64,000 nt of DNA from Flavobacteriaceae bacterium (GTDB taxonomy: Bacteria > Bacteroidota > Bacteroidia > Flavobacteriales > Flavobacteriaceae), in NCBI GenBank assembly GCA_949511625.1, contig CATFEX010000046.1:42651-106650 (forward strand), read 5' to 3'. The first letter of the stretch is position 1. Every line of letters starts with the position of its first letter. A model generated the notes under the pieces. The model worked only from the letters and a program-made list of their open reading frames with translations, was not told the origin of the DNA and searched no databases. A program made the position numbers and the translations under genes. This document shows positions 48,318 through 57,724 of the stretch, in pieces.

Positions 48318-48346
48318 AAACCCTCTGAATTGCAGAGGGTTTTTTT
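48318..48346. terminator. bidirectional Rho-independent terminator between the TPR gene and the C40 peptidase gene
   Basis: CCCTCTG-aattg-CAGAGGG hairpin (48321-48339) flanked by AAA on the 5' side and T7 on the 3' side. Confidence 0.65.
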
Positions 48347-49094
48347 ATAAAATAGATTTGATCATCCGCAATTTGTGCGAGTGGTTCTGAATTTCCTTGT
48401 TGTAAATACCCGTTTGGTCAATCCCATCAATACGAACTTGCCCATGGGCATGGATGATTTTATGATTGGGTAGTAGAATACCCACATGAATGATGTTTCC
48501 TTCAGGGTCGTCAAAGAAAGCCAAATCACCGGCTTGACTTTCTTCTATAAAGCTGAGGGTTTGGCCTTGTTCGGCCTGTTGAGAGGCATCTCTATGCAGT
48601 TGATAGCCATTGATTCGGTAGACCATTTGACTCAATCCTGAGCAATCTATGCCCAAAGGGGATTTGCCTCCCCAAAGATAGGGGGCATTCAAGTAGAGAT
48701 AGGCTGTTTTCACCAGATCTTTTCTTTGATTTTTTTTGGCGTTTTTTTCGCCTTCGTGTTGTTGCGATAAAAGCGATTGCACTGCCAGATTGCTCCCCAA
48801 CGGAATGGGAAACAGTATCCCGTTTTGTTGATGAGAATAGCTGATTAAATCAGTTGTATAGTTTGGTTTTTTAGATCGTAGAGATTTCCATTCGGAAGCA
48901 TTTAAAGTAAAGCATTGATTTTTGGAAATCCAACCCTCGTAGGCATCTGCGTCCAAACGAATTTTACACCACTTTTTTTTCAGTTCTAGTACCGTATAGG
49001 TATCTCCGTAGAGGAGTTGAGTCACCATTTCACTTCGGTCGTCTTTGTCCGCCCGAACAGAAATAATACCCAAGTGGCAAACTCCGTATTTCAT
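48345..49094 (-). CDS. C40 (NlpC/P60) family peptidase with SH3-like N-domain
   Basis: Catalytic 'GIDCSGLSQMVY' Cys and downstream 'HVGI'/'IHAH' His residues. ATG at 49094. Confidence 0.85.
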   Translation of the reverse strand: MKYGVCHLGIISVRADKDDRSEMVTQLLYGDTYTVLELKKKWCKIRLDADAYEGWISKNQCFTLNASEWKSLRSKKPNYTTDLISYSHQQNGILFPIPLGSNLAVQSLLSQQHEGEKNAKKNQRKDLVKTAYLYLNAPYLWGGKSPLGIDCSGLSQMVYRINGYQLHRDASQQAEQGQTLSFIEESQAGDLAFFDDPEGNIIHVGILLPNHKIIHAHGQVRIDGIDQTGIYNKEIQNHSHKLRMIKSIL

Positions 49095-49196
49095 AGTTGA
49101 AGTGAGACTCAAAAGTAAATAATATAAAAACAACTATTGATATCAAGAATCGCTTTATTGCTTAATTTTTGTTTTCTTAGCTCTAAAATCCTGTAG

Positions 49197-51245
49197 TTGT
49201 TGAAACGGTATTGGCATTGGTTTTTTTACAATCAACCCCAGCTTTATAAAGGCTTTCTTTTTTTGGTCCTGGTGGGGGCTATATTGTATATGATACCGGT
49301 GGGGGGGAAGTTTCAGTATGAATACCAAAAAGGACTTCCATGGAAACATGCTGCGCTTTATGCCCCTTTTGATTTCCCAATTCTCAAAACACAAGCTGAA
49401 ATTGATCAAGAAATTACTCTATTGACTCGTGAAGCCAATAGCTTCTATCGTTTGGATTCTATTCCAATTAAAGAAGCCTTACTCAAGTATAACAAGCAAT
49501 TCGATTCGTATTTTGACAATATTCCCATTGCAATTCAACAGCAATTATTGATTTATGGCAATGGGGTACTGGATAGTATTTACCAAAAAGGAATCCTTCC
49601 GCTAGGATGGAAAACTGAGGATACTAGCTTTGTCCGATTGGTAACAGGTAATATCGAAAAATTACGCCCATCTTCCTCTTTCTATCGTTTGAGTAGACTT
49701 AATGAAGATGTTAAGGAAAGACTTCCCGATTCGTTACAACAGTTTCGATCTAACTTTTATAAGCTCTTTTTTGAAATTTTAACACCGAACTTGGTTTTGG
49801 ACTCCACTTTGCGTAAAAAAATATTAGACCAGGGTAAACAGTCCTTGTCTTTGACCCGCAGCGTAGTTAAAAAAGGAAGCTTAATTATTGCCCAAAACGA
49901 ATTGGTGGAAGGGGAGCGCTTTCAACAATTAGAATCTTTAGCTGCAGAATATCAAAGCAGTTCTTGGACGGAGAGCAAGCAATTCGTGATTACTGCTGGG
50001 TATGCTATATTAGTAGGTTTGGGTGTATTCATGCTGATGCGTTTTATTTTTATTTATCGCATTGCATTATTCAATAACAACAAAGAGCTGACCTTTATTT
50101 TCGTCAATATATTTTTGATAGTTGCCTTAACGATATTGGTATTGAATTTTGATCCGTATTTGGTATATGGGGTTCCTTTGTGTATTCTACCGCTGACTTT
50201 GAAGGCTTTTTTTGATGCTCGATTGGGTTTGTTTACTCATGTATTGACTGTTTTGCTGCTTGGGTTTGTTGTTCCTAATAGTTTTGAATTTGTTTTTCTT
50301 CAAGTTCTTGCTGGGATAGTTACCATTCAAACCAGTTCCAAACTTTATCAAAGAGCTAATTTATTTATATCTGTGGGTCAAATTGTTCTGATTTATTTAT
50401 TGGTTCATATTGCTTTTACTTTTATTCATGAGGGTAGTATTGAGAACATTTCATTGTCCACTTTGGGGCTGTTTTTACTAAATGGACTGTTGACCTTGTT
50501 TGTGCAACCCCTTATTTATTTATTTGAACGTCTTTTTTCATTGACCTCAGACGTTTCCCTTCTTGAATTATCGGATACGAATACTGCCTTATTGAAGGAA
50601 TTGTCCGATGTTGCTCCTGGGACATTTCATCATTCCCTGCAAGTAGCTAATTTGGCCGAAGCAGCTGCCAACGAAATAGGGGCCAATGGGTTGTTGGTTC
50701 GTGTTGGTGCCTTGTATCACGATATTGGGAAAATGAAAAACCCTACCTACTTTTCCGAGAATCAGAAGAATGAAACATCTCCTCATCATGAGTTAACACC
50801 CAGTCAAAGTGCAGCGATTATTGTCAGGCACGTTAGGGAGGGAATCAATCTGGCCAAAAAATTTAATCTTCCTGAACGCATTATTGACTTTATTAGGACC
50901 CACCACGGGACTTCTTTGGTATATTATTTTTATAAACAAGCACAGGACCAAAATCAAGAACAAGCTGTTGACCCTGAACCTTTTCAGTATCCTGGGCCCA
51001 AGCCTTTTTCTAAAGAAACTGCTATACTGATGATGGCGGATGCTGTGGAAGCAGCTTCGAAAAGCTTAAAGGCGGCTAATCTAAAGATTATCGAATCTTT
51101 TGTGACCCAAATTGTACAAAAACAGTTAGATGAAGGCCAGTTTAGTCATAGTAATATCACCTTATTAGAAATTGAGCAAACCAAAAAAGTCCTTATACGG
51201 AAACTGTCCAACATATACCATTTACGGATTGAATATCCCGAATAG
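49197..51245 (+). CDS. pgpH: HDIG-domain membrane phosphohydrolase (7TM-HD, PgpH-like cyclic-di-AMP phosphodiesterase family)
   Basis: Extracellular N-domain, about 7 TM helices and an HD domain ('HHSLQVANLAE', 'LYHDIGK', 'IIDFIRTHHG'). TTG start with an in-frame stop immediately upstream. Confidence 0.85.
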   Translation: MLKRYWHWFFYNQPQLYKGFLFLVLVGAILYMIPVGGKFQYEYQKGLPWKHAALYAPFDFPILKTQAEIDQEITLLTREANSFYRLDSIPIKEALLKYNKQFDSYFDNIPIAIQQQLLIYGNGVLDSIYQKGILPLGWKTEDTSFVRLVTGNIEKLRPSSSFYRLSRLNEDVKERLPDSLQQFRSNFYKLFFEILTPNLVLDSTLRKKILDQGKQSLSLTRSVVKKGSLIIAQNELVEGERFQQLESLAAEYQSSSWTESKQFVITAGYAILVGLGVFMLMRFIFIYRIALFNNNKELTFIFVNIFLIVALTILVLNFDPYLVYGVPLCILPLTLKAFFDARLGLFTHVLTVLLLGFVVPNSFEFVFLQVLAGIVTIQTSSKLYQRANLFISVGQIVLIYLLVHIAFTFIHEGSIENISLSTLGLFLLNGLLTLFVQPLIYLFERLFSLTSDVSLLELSDTNTALLKELSDVAPGTFHHSLQVANLAEAAANEIGANGLLVRVGALYHDIGKMKNPTYFSENQKNETSPHHELTPSQSAAIIVRHVREGINLAKKFNLPERIIDFIRTHHGTSLVYYFYKQAQDQNQEQAVDPEPFQYPGPKPFSKETAILMMADAVEAASKSLKAANLKIIESFVTQIVQKQLDEGQFSHSNITLLEIEQTKKVLIRKLSNIYHLRIEYPE

Positions 51246-51261
51246 ATTTTGGAGGGGGAAG

Positions 51262-51292
51262 TTGTATTATTCCCTATGAAAAGGTATTTTTG
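51262..51292 (+). promoter_or_regulatory. putative promoter of tRNA-Ser (-33 TTG, -7 TAttTTTG)
   Basis: TTG at 51262-51264 and TAnnTTTG at 51285-51292, 20 nt upstream of the tRNA 5' end. Confidence 0.4.
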
Positions 51293-51312
51293 CGCAAGTT
51301 CTTAAATGAATC

Positions 51313-51396
51313 GGAGAGGTGCCAGAGTGGTAATGGAGCAGATTGCTAATCTGTCAACGCGTAAGCGTTGCCAGGGTTCGAATCCCTGTCTCTCCG
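51313..51396 (+). tRNA. tRNA-Ser (anticodon GCU), class II with long variable arm
   Basis: Hand-folded. The acceptor is GGAGAGG/TCTCTCC, the anticodon loop is TTGCTAA, the long variable arm is CAACGCGTAAGCGTTG, and the T-arm is CAGGG-TTCGAAT-CCCTG. CCA is not encoded. Confidence 0.9.
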
Positions 51397-51403
51397 CAAC
51401 AAC

Positions 51404-51450
51404 AATCCCTTTTATATTGTAATTCAATATTTTAGGGATTTATTATTTTA
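51404..51450 (+). terminator. possible terminator hairpin after tRNA-Ser
   Basis: AATCCCT...AGGGATT outer stem with inner ATATTG/CAATAT stem, followed by a T-rich tract. Confidence 0.35.
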
Positions 51451-51489
51451 TTTATGTATAGTATTTGTACGGCTGCAATATTTAAAACC

Positions 51490-51983
51490 TAAAAACTTTC
51501 CTGCCTATCTCATTACCTGACCCGGTGCTTATTTAAAAGGATCAAACTATTGGGCTTCCTTTTCTATTCCGCGTCTTTTCAATGTAAAGCGTAATAAAGA
51601 TTTAGCCATTATAGCAAAAGACCGGTTTCATGCCTATCTAATTTTAGGAGCAGATTTTGCAGCTATAAGTAATATATATTTCAAACCATCACTAATAATT
51701 AGAAAAGTTAAAGGCCTCCCAGCCACTGCTGATTAGACAGCCATGGCAAGTTGGCAAAACCAGTTTGATTTGGGGATTTCTGTTAGAACAAATAGTTCTA
51801 TTGCTCTTATGAGTGTTGTTAGTCTAGGGAACTTTGACGTTGGATATGCTTATGAAACACCTACTGAAAACCTGCTATCACAAGTAAATTTAAAAAACAC
51901 AAGAAATCATTTTATGTTTTAAATTCGAAGGTGACTCTAAAAGCGACGATACTCAACAGGTTGAAAGCAATCCTGACCAATAG
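51490..51983 (+). pseudogene. degraded PorP/SprF-family (type IX secretion membrane protein) gene remnant
   Basis: My translation gives '..GAYLKGSNYWASFSIPRLF..RFHAYLILGADFAAISNIYFKPSLIIRKVKGLPATAD*TAMASWQNQFDLGISVR..FDVGYAYE..' and then, after a frameshift in an A6 run (51892-51897), '..TQEIILCFKF..'. There is an in-frame TAG at 51734-51736 and the N-terminal third is missing. The family match is from memory of PorP/SprF consensus blocks. Confidence 0.55.
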
Positions 51984-52280
51984 ATTTAAGCTTATATAGT
52001 TAGATCTACATGGATAACACATGGATAAAAAAATGCTAGAATAAAGTAACTTCATAAGTTAAAAATGGGTGTAATTTTTAATAAATGAGGTTATAGATTC
52101 AGTGAAGGTAAATTTAATTACTGCTCATTAAGAGTTTACAGGTTACACTAAAACTATTTATATTTGTCCCAGTTCTTTTAAAGGATAATAATAGATCATA
52201 CGTTTAGCCTTAATCTAAATATTTATTAGCTAAAGATCTAAACTATAACACCCTTTGTAAGATCTATATCATTTGTAATA

Positions 52281-52354
52281 GGTCGCGTAGCTCAGCTGGA
52301 TAGAGCATCTGCCTTCTAAGCAGACGGTCCTAGGTTCGAATCCTAGCGCGATCA
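52281..52354 (+). tRNA. tRNA-Arg (anticodon UCU)
   Basis: Hand-folded. The acceptor is GGTCGCG/CGCGATC, the D-arm is GCTC-AGCTGGATA-GAGC, the anticodon stem-loop is TCTGC-CTTCTAA-GCAGA, and the T-arm is CTAGG-TTCGAAT-CCTAG. Confidence 0.92.
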
Positions 52355-52367
52355 CAGCCAATAAATT

Positions 52368-52394
52368 AAAAACCCCAGTATTAACTGGGGTTTT
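52368..52394. terminator. bidirectional Rho-independent terminator (tRNA-Arg and the convergent BNR gene)
   Basis: AAAAA-CCCCAG-tattaa-CTGGGG-TTTT. Confidence 0.7.
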
Positions 52395-52426
52395 GTAATT
52401 ATTAAAAAAGTAAAATAATTTAATCC

Positions 52427-55400
52427 CTATTCGATAAAGGCCTCAAAAGTTTTTAATTCACTTAAATCTGCTTTACTTTTTTCCTTTAGTTTTTGAAAGG
52501 ATTTCTTAGCCTCTATAAAACGTAAATTAACTACTTCAAAGAATTCTTTTTCATTTGGAGAGGGTTTGGAATAACTCTCCGCAACCTTGGCATATAAATC
52601 CGCCATTTTTTCTCTCAATTGCGGCTCAGCGGCACCTACATAGTTGTCTCCAGTGGTTATCACTAAAGTCTCTTTTAAGTCTTGGAGTTTACTTTTCAGT
52701 CGTTTGTTTTTTTCCAACTCCAATAAAGCATCTAACTCATAAACCATATAGGCCAATTCCTGAGTCATATCGTAAAGAGTCATCGTTAGTTCGTGTTTGG
52801 CTTCGAAATACGAGGATTCCTTGCTTGTAGTTGGATCGTTGGACAAAACAAATGATTGCTCATAGGTATCTCTGCCTTTTTTAATGACAACTTTATATTC
52901 CCCAGCAGGTGCTCTAGGAGATGTAAATCCACCAAATGCTAAGGTTTTTCCCTTCGCAACTTTGGGTTGTCGTAGGGTGTAGTTCCAAGAAACGAGATTA
53001 ACCCCTTTCGATTTTTTCGGATTCAATGTGGCAATTTTATTTCCCTGATTGTCTTGAACCTCCATAGTCATTTTTCCAAAGGTGTGACGCTTTGGAAGCA
53101 AATATTTAAACTGCGCAATCCGTGTGGGGTTCTCACCAACAAATTGAGTTTCAGTTCCAAAATTTTCAACAAACCCATAGCTTTTATCTCGCATGACAAG
53201 CCCAGTAGGTTTAAAAAAGTGAAGTTTTGATGCCAATTCTTCTTCTCCAATGGAACGCAGGGGAGATATGTCGTCAATTATTATTACACCTCGTCCGTGA
53301 GTTCCCATAACTAAATCATTGGTTTGTTTTTGCAGTTCGATATGATGGATCGCCACAGGAGGTAAATTTTTAGTGAAATGACTCCACGTTTGGCCTCCAT
53401 TGTTGGTAATATATAATCCCATTTCTGTGCCTAAGAAAAGTAAATCAGGATTGATATAATCCTCCTGAATGTTACGTACAAATGCCTTTATATCCTCAGT
53501 AACGATAGAAGTCCAAGAAACTCCGTAATCAGTCGTTTTATATACATAAGGAGTTCGATCTCCTCGAGTGTGACCTTCAAAAACGGCATAGGCAGTACCC
53601 CTGTCGTGCACGCTGGCTTCTATATGATAAACCCAAGTGTTGGCAGGCAAGCTTGGAACATTCTCAATGGTATTGGTCCATGTCGACCCCCCATTTTTGG
53701 ATACTTGTACATTTCCATCATCGGTTCCTACCCATATAATTTTCTCATCCAGGGGAGATTCAGCGATAGTGAAAATTGTGGTATGGTTTTCAGCCCCAGA
53801 ATTGTCCATAGATAATCCTCCAGAGTCTTCTTGCTTTTGTTTTGCTCGGTCATTGGTTGTCAGGTCTGGAGAGATGGTTTCCCAGCTTTCTCCTCGATCT
53901 TCAGAACGGTGCAAAAACTGACTTCCAATATACAGGCGATCGGGCTGGTGTTCACTAACAGCCAGAGGAGCATTCCAATTAAAACGCAATTTAGGTTGTC
54001 CCTTTTTGGGTAGGGGTTGTATTGTTTTTATAAGTCCATTATCTAAATCATAGCGCCACACATTTTCGGCTCCTTGCATTTCGGAGTAGATGATTCTTTT
54101 ACTTGGATGTTTTAACACTCTAAACCCATCACCTTGACCAACCGAAGTCCATTCGGCCGCTTTAACGCCTCCCGCTGCTGCATTGGGACCAAACCAAGAA
54201 CCATTATCTTGCAACCCACCATAGACGTTATAAGGTTCTGCATTATCTACACTAATGTGATAGAACTGAGATAGTGGTAAGTTTTCAACAATTTCAAAGG
54301 TGGTCCCACCATTCCATGATCGGTAAACACCCCCGTCAGTGGCAGTATAGATGTAATCGGAATCCTTGACATTAAAAGCAAAGTCGTGTACATCACTGTG
54401 CATCGTACCCAAATTCTTAAAGGTCTTACCTCCATCACGTGATATAGAACCGAATAAACCTGCTTTCATAACAACATCGGGGTCATTTGGGTCAATGACT
54501 ATTCGAGAAAAATAAAACGGACGTACGGTAATTCCAAAGTCATTATTGCTTTGGGTCCATGATTCTCCTCTGTCATCACTTCGGTACAGTCCTTTTTTGT
54601 CCTGTTTTTCAGCTTCGATTACTGTGTATAAAATATTTGGATTCGACGGGGCTACAGCGATGGCCAATCGGCCCAGTTTGCCCTCTGGGAATCCATTGTG
54701 GATTTTTTTCCAGCTGGCACCCCCGTCTGTTGATTTGTATAAAGAACTCTTGTTTCCTCCAGAATTGAAAGACCAAGCTGTTCTTCTAAATTCCCACATC
54801 GAAGCATACAAGGTATTAGGATCTTCAGGGTCCATTGCAAGATCGGCACAGCCAGTAGCGGGACCATCATAAAGGATTTGAGACCATGAAGCTCCACCAT
54901 CGATAGATTTGTATACGCCTCTTTCGGAACTGTCTGACCATAAGGCTCCTAGTACACCAACATAAATCTCATTGGAATTTTCTGGATTAACGATAATATT
55001 GGCGATTCTTTCTGACCTTTCAAAACCTAATTTTGTCCAGTTTACCCCCCCATCGTTAGATCGATATAGGCCATCACCAACGGAGACGCTGTTTCGTGTC
55101 CAGGTTTCCCCTGTTCCAACATAGATGACTTTATCGGGGTTGTTGGGATCCAATTCAACAGCCCCAATGGATTGACTGTGATCATCAAATATTGGATTGA
55201 AAGTGGCTCCACCATCACTGGATTTCCACACACCACCTCCAGCGGTTCCTGCATAAAGAATGCGTGAGTTGGTCGGGTGTAATTCTAGGTCGTTGACCCG
55301 ACCACTCATAAGAGCGGGCCCGATGTGCCGTGCCCGAAGGTCGCCAAAGTAATCACTTAGTTTTTGCTGTGCTTTTACACTTGGTGAAATAATGAATATA

Positions 55401-55435
55401 GCACCAATAGCATAAAGGTAAATTCGTTTAAACAT
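52427..55435 (-). CDS. secreted BNR/Asp-box repeat protein (VPS10/sortilin-like double beta-propeller, usually annotated 'glycosyl hydrolase')
   Basis: 1002 aa with a signal peptide and about 11 Asp-box motifs (SxDxGxTW-like: SSDGGATF, SNDGGVNWT, SIDGGASWS, STDGGASWK, SDDRGESWT, SEDRGESWE, SKNGGSTWT, TNNGGQTWS ...). Confidence 0.85.
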   Translation of the reverse strand: MFKRIYLYAIGAIFIISPSVKAQQKLSDYFGDLRARHIGPALMSGRVNDLELHPTNSRILYAGTAGGGVWKSSDGGATFNPIFDDHSQSIGAVELDPNNPDKVIYVGTGETWTRNSVSVGDGLYRSNDGGVNWTKLGFERSERIANIIVNPENSNEIYVGVLGALWSDSSERGVYKSIDGGASWSQILYDGPATGCADLAMDPEDPNTLYASMWEFRRTAWSFNSGGNKSSLYKSTDGGASWKKIHNGFPEGKLGRLAIAVAPSNPNILYTVIEAEKQDKKGLYRSDDRGESWTQSNNDFGITVRPFYFSRIVIDPNDPDVVMKAGLFGSISRDGGKTFKNLGTMHSDVHDFAFNVKDSDYIYTATDGGVYRSWNGGTTFEIVENLPLSQFYHISVDNAEPYNVYGGLQDNGSWFGPNAAAGGVKAAEWTSVGQGDGFRVLKHPSKRIIYSEMQGAENVWRYDLDNGLIKTIQPLPKKGQPKLRFNWNAPLAVSEHQPDRLYIGSQFLHRSEDRGESWETISPDLTTNDRAKQKQEDSGGLSMDNSGAENHTTIFTIAESPLDEKIIWVGTDDGNVQVSKNGGSTWTNTIENVPSLPANTWVYHIEASVHDRGTAYAVFEGHTRGDRTPYVYKTTDYGVSWTSIVTEDIKAFVRNIQEDYINPDLLFLGTEMGLYITNNGGQTWSHFTKNLPPVAIHHIELQKQTNDLVMGTHGRGVIIIDDISPLRSIGEEELASKLHFFKPTGLVMRDKSYGFVENFGTETQFVGENPTRIAQFKYLLPKRHTFGKMTMEVQDNQGNKIATLNPKKSKGVNLVSWNYTLRQPKVAKGKTLAFGGFTSPRAPAGEYKVVIKKGRDTYEQSFVLSNDPTTSKESSYFEAKHELTMTLYDMTQELAYMVYELDALLELEKNKRLKSKLQDLKETLVITTGDNYVGAAEPQLREKMADLYAKVAESYSKPSPNEKEFFEVVNLRFIEAKKSFQKLKEKSKADLSELKTFEAFIE

Positions 55436-55456
55436 ATTCGAGATATTAGTTGGGAA

Positions 55457-56215
55457 TTAGTTTGAGGGTTCTTCTTCTGGAAAACTAAATTCTGAATCTG
55501 CAATCTCAGGGTTGAGTATTATTTCATCTATACCAATGACTTGACCCTCTTGATCTTTCAATCCTTGCGATTGAGAAAAGGGAAAATACAAACCACCTAC
55601 TTCTTGATAATCACTCATTTTTACCTCACTCATTTGTCCTTTCAATTCACCGGACTTGATTTCGATATGAACAACAAGAGGAACATAATTTTCGGTGTCG
55701 AAAAAGTAATAGGATACATTTTCTACTTCTTCACCATCAACCACCATTGGTTTTTTCGTTAGTTTGATTTTGAAACACTCTGTTCCATCAATAACTTCCT
55801 TACCCATTAACTCTGCCTGATAACCCAATGATTTGTAATTGAGAAAAGGATCTGGGAAATCACCCATGTCACGGATTATATTATCAGTTGTTTCTTGATC
55901 ACTTTTTTCTGCTTTTTGTGTCATAAAGTTGATGCTCCAAAGATCCTTTCCATCGAAGACCCCTTGCTTGATGACTTGCCCTTGAAAGTTAATCACCGTC
56001 ATTTGTTTTCCCGATTTCATTTCCACAATTTCTAGCGGAATTTCCATCCCTCCTTGATTTATTTTAGCCTTGTATTGAATCCCTTCTAAGGATTCCCACT
56101 GGGCTCTTCCACCGGTATTTTCAAAATAGTTTTCAATAATCTCATCCAATGTCTGTGCTTGAAGAGCGGGGAAGGATGAAAAAGTTATAGCAATTAAAAT
56201 TAGGAGCTGTTTCAT
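55457..56215 (-). CDS. LolA-like outer-membrane lipoprotein-sorting family protein, secreted
   Basis: 252 aa with a signal peptide. The 'LDEIIENYFENTGG...W..L' N-terminus and 'IDGTECFKIKL' block are typical of this Bacteroidota family (from memory). It ends 21 nt upstream of the BNR gene. Confidence 0.65.
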   Translation of the reverse strand: MKQLLILIAITFSSFPALQAQTLDEIIENYFENTGGRAQWESLEGIQYKAKINQGGMEIPLEIVEMKSGKQMTVINFQGQVIKQGVFDGKDLWSINFMTQKAEKSDQETTDNIIRDMGDFPDPFLNYKSLGYQAELMGKEVIDGTECFKIKLTKKPMVVDGEEVENVSYYFFDTENYVPLVVHIEIKSGELKGQMSEVKMSDYQEVGGLYFPFSQSQGLKDQEGQVIGIDEIILNPEIADSEFSFPEEEPSN

Positions 56216-56386
56216 TATTTGATTTTTTTTGATATTTCAAATGTACTAAAACATCCTTAATAATCTTTTTGTCAACATTGATCCAATATTCTTTTCCAAA
56301 CTAGAATAGCAGTTAAAAAAATGGATGTGTAGGCTATTAAGAAAATGAAATACTTTTTGAATAGAGTTGTACATTTGAAAAAAAAA

Positions 56387-56932
56387 ATGAAATACAATAA
56401 GCTAATCTTTTTGACACTTTCAATAGCAATCACCCTCAGCAGTTGTAACTTTTATCCCTCAAAGCCAGAGGTAAAAGTAGTCTCGCCCAGTCCACAATCG
56501 CAAGCCAATACCCTTGAAGTTACCAGGGCCTCTGACCCTATTTTAGCTGGCTACATGGCAATTAAAAATGCCATGGTAGCAGATGATAGTCTTTCGGTAT
56601 CATTGGCAATTGAAACTTTGCATTCATCAATTGAGGAAAGGATCAAAAATTCCAAACAGAGTACAGACAATGCCCTATATGTAAAAATGGAATCTCTTGC
56701 ACTAGAGATGAAGAATCAAAATTTTGAGCAGCAACGAATGAGTTTAATCGATCTTACGGCAGCCCTTCTCGATTGGAATAAATCCAACCCCTCTGCTGAA
56801 AAAATTTACCTTCAGTATTGCCCTATGTATCAAGGAGGAAACTATTGGTTGAGTATGAATGAGCAGGTACTGAATCCGTATTATGGCAGTAAAATGCTAC
56901 GTTGTGGGGTAGTGGAGAAAGTGCTTAACTAG
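56387..56932 (+). CDS. DUF3347 domain-containing lipoprotein
   Basis: Lipobox 'TLSSC' after the ATG at 56387, plus the 'YMAIKNAMVADD' block typical of DUF3347. A TAcaTTTG box lies 10 nt upstream of the ATG. Confidence 0.6.
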   Translation: MKYNKLIFLTLSIAITLSSCNFYPSKPEVKVVSPSPQSQANTLEVTRASDPILAGYMAIKNAMVADDSLSVSLAIETLHSSIEERIKNSKQSTDNALYVKMESLALEMKNQNFEQQRMSLIDLTAALLDWNKSNPSAEKIYLQYCPMYQGGNYWLSMNEQVLNPYYGSKMLRCGVVEKVLN

Positions 56933-57555
56933 TCTTTTAGGCGAACCTTAGTGTTATTGATAAATTCTTGTCGACGAGGGAGCGACACATTATACCCGTA
57001 AGATTTATTAACGACATTTTCACCTTTCAATAAGCGAGAAACGTAATCTTGATGATATTCTTCCGCAATGGTAAAAGGGGGACTCTTGGCGAGGAGTATC
57101 TCAATTTTATGCCGATCAAAAGAAGCCAAGTACGTATTTAATTCTTCCATCTGACTTTTATTTTTCGGAAAGACAATAGACCGGTATGATTTTCCGAAAT
57201 CAGGGGCTTGGCCAATAGTGTAAGGATTGGTAATATCGAAATAGACTTGCAACAGAACAGAATAACTGACCTTAGAAGCATCGTAGATTACGGCCACTGT
57301 TTCTGCGTGATTACCATGATCGTAATACGAGGGATTGGGCACGGTGCCTCCTGCGTATCCAGAAATGACCTCATTTACACCGTACACTTCTTCATAAACC
57401 CCTTCCACACACCAGAAACATCCAGAGGCGAAATAAGCTACTTCCATCCCTTCAGGAATTTCAATCGTTTTTTGAGTTAGGTTGCCCTTGTTTTGTTGGC
57501 ATTGTAGCGTAAATGCCATAAAAATAAGAATCAATAGAGTAAAACGATGTTTCAT
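56929..57555 (-). CDS. msrA: peptide-methionine (S)-S-oxide reductase MsrA with signal peptide
   Basis: Catalytic 'FASGCFWCVEG' motif and signal peptide 'MKHRFTLLILIFMAFTLQC'. ATG at 57555. Confidence 0.93.
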   Translation of the reverse strand: MKHRFTLLILIFMAFTLQCQQNKGNLTQKTIEIPEGMEVAYFASGCFWCVEGVYEEVYGVNEVISGYAGGTVPNPSYYDHGNHAETVAVIYDASKVSYSVLLQVYFDITNPYTIGQAPDFGKSYRSIVFPKNKSQMEELNTYLASFDRHKIEILLAKSPPFTIAEEYHQDYVSRLLKGENVVNKSYGYNVSLPRRQEFINNTKVRLKD

Positions 57556-57724
57556 AATTTGTTGATAACGTATATAGGGAGCGTACCAAATGTTAAACAA
57601 AAATAAATTAAATTTATAATACCAAGTCTATTTTTCAGAATTGGTTTATGGTTATGCCTCTGGGACTACTTCCCGGAGGTTTTTTTATTTAACATGTACA
57701 TTGTTCTTAAAAACACTACTAAAA

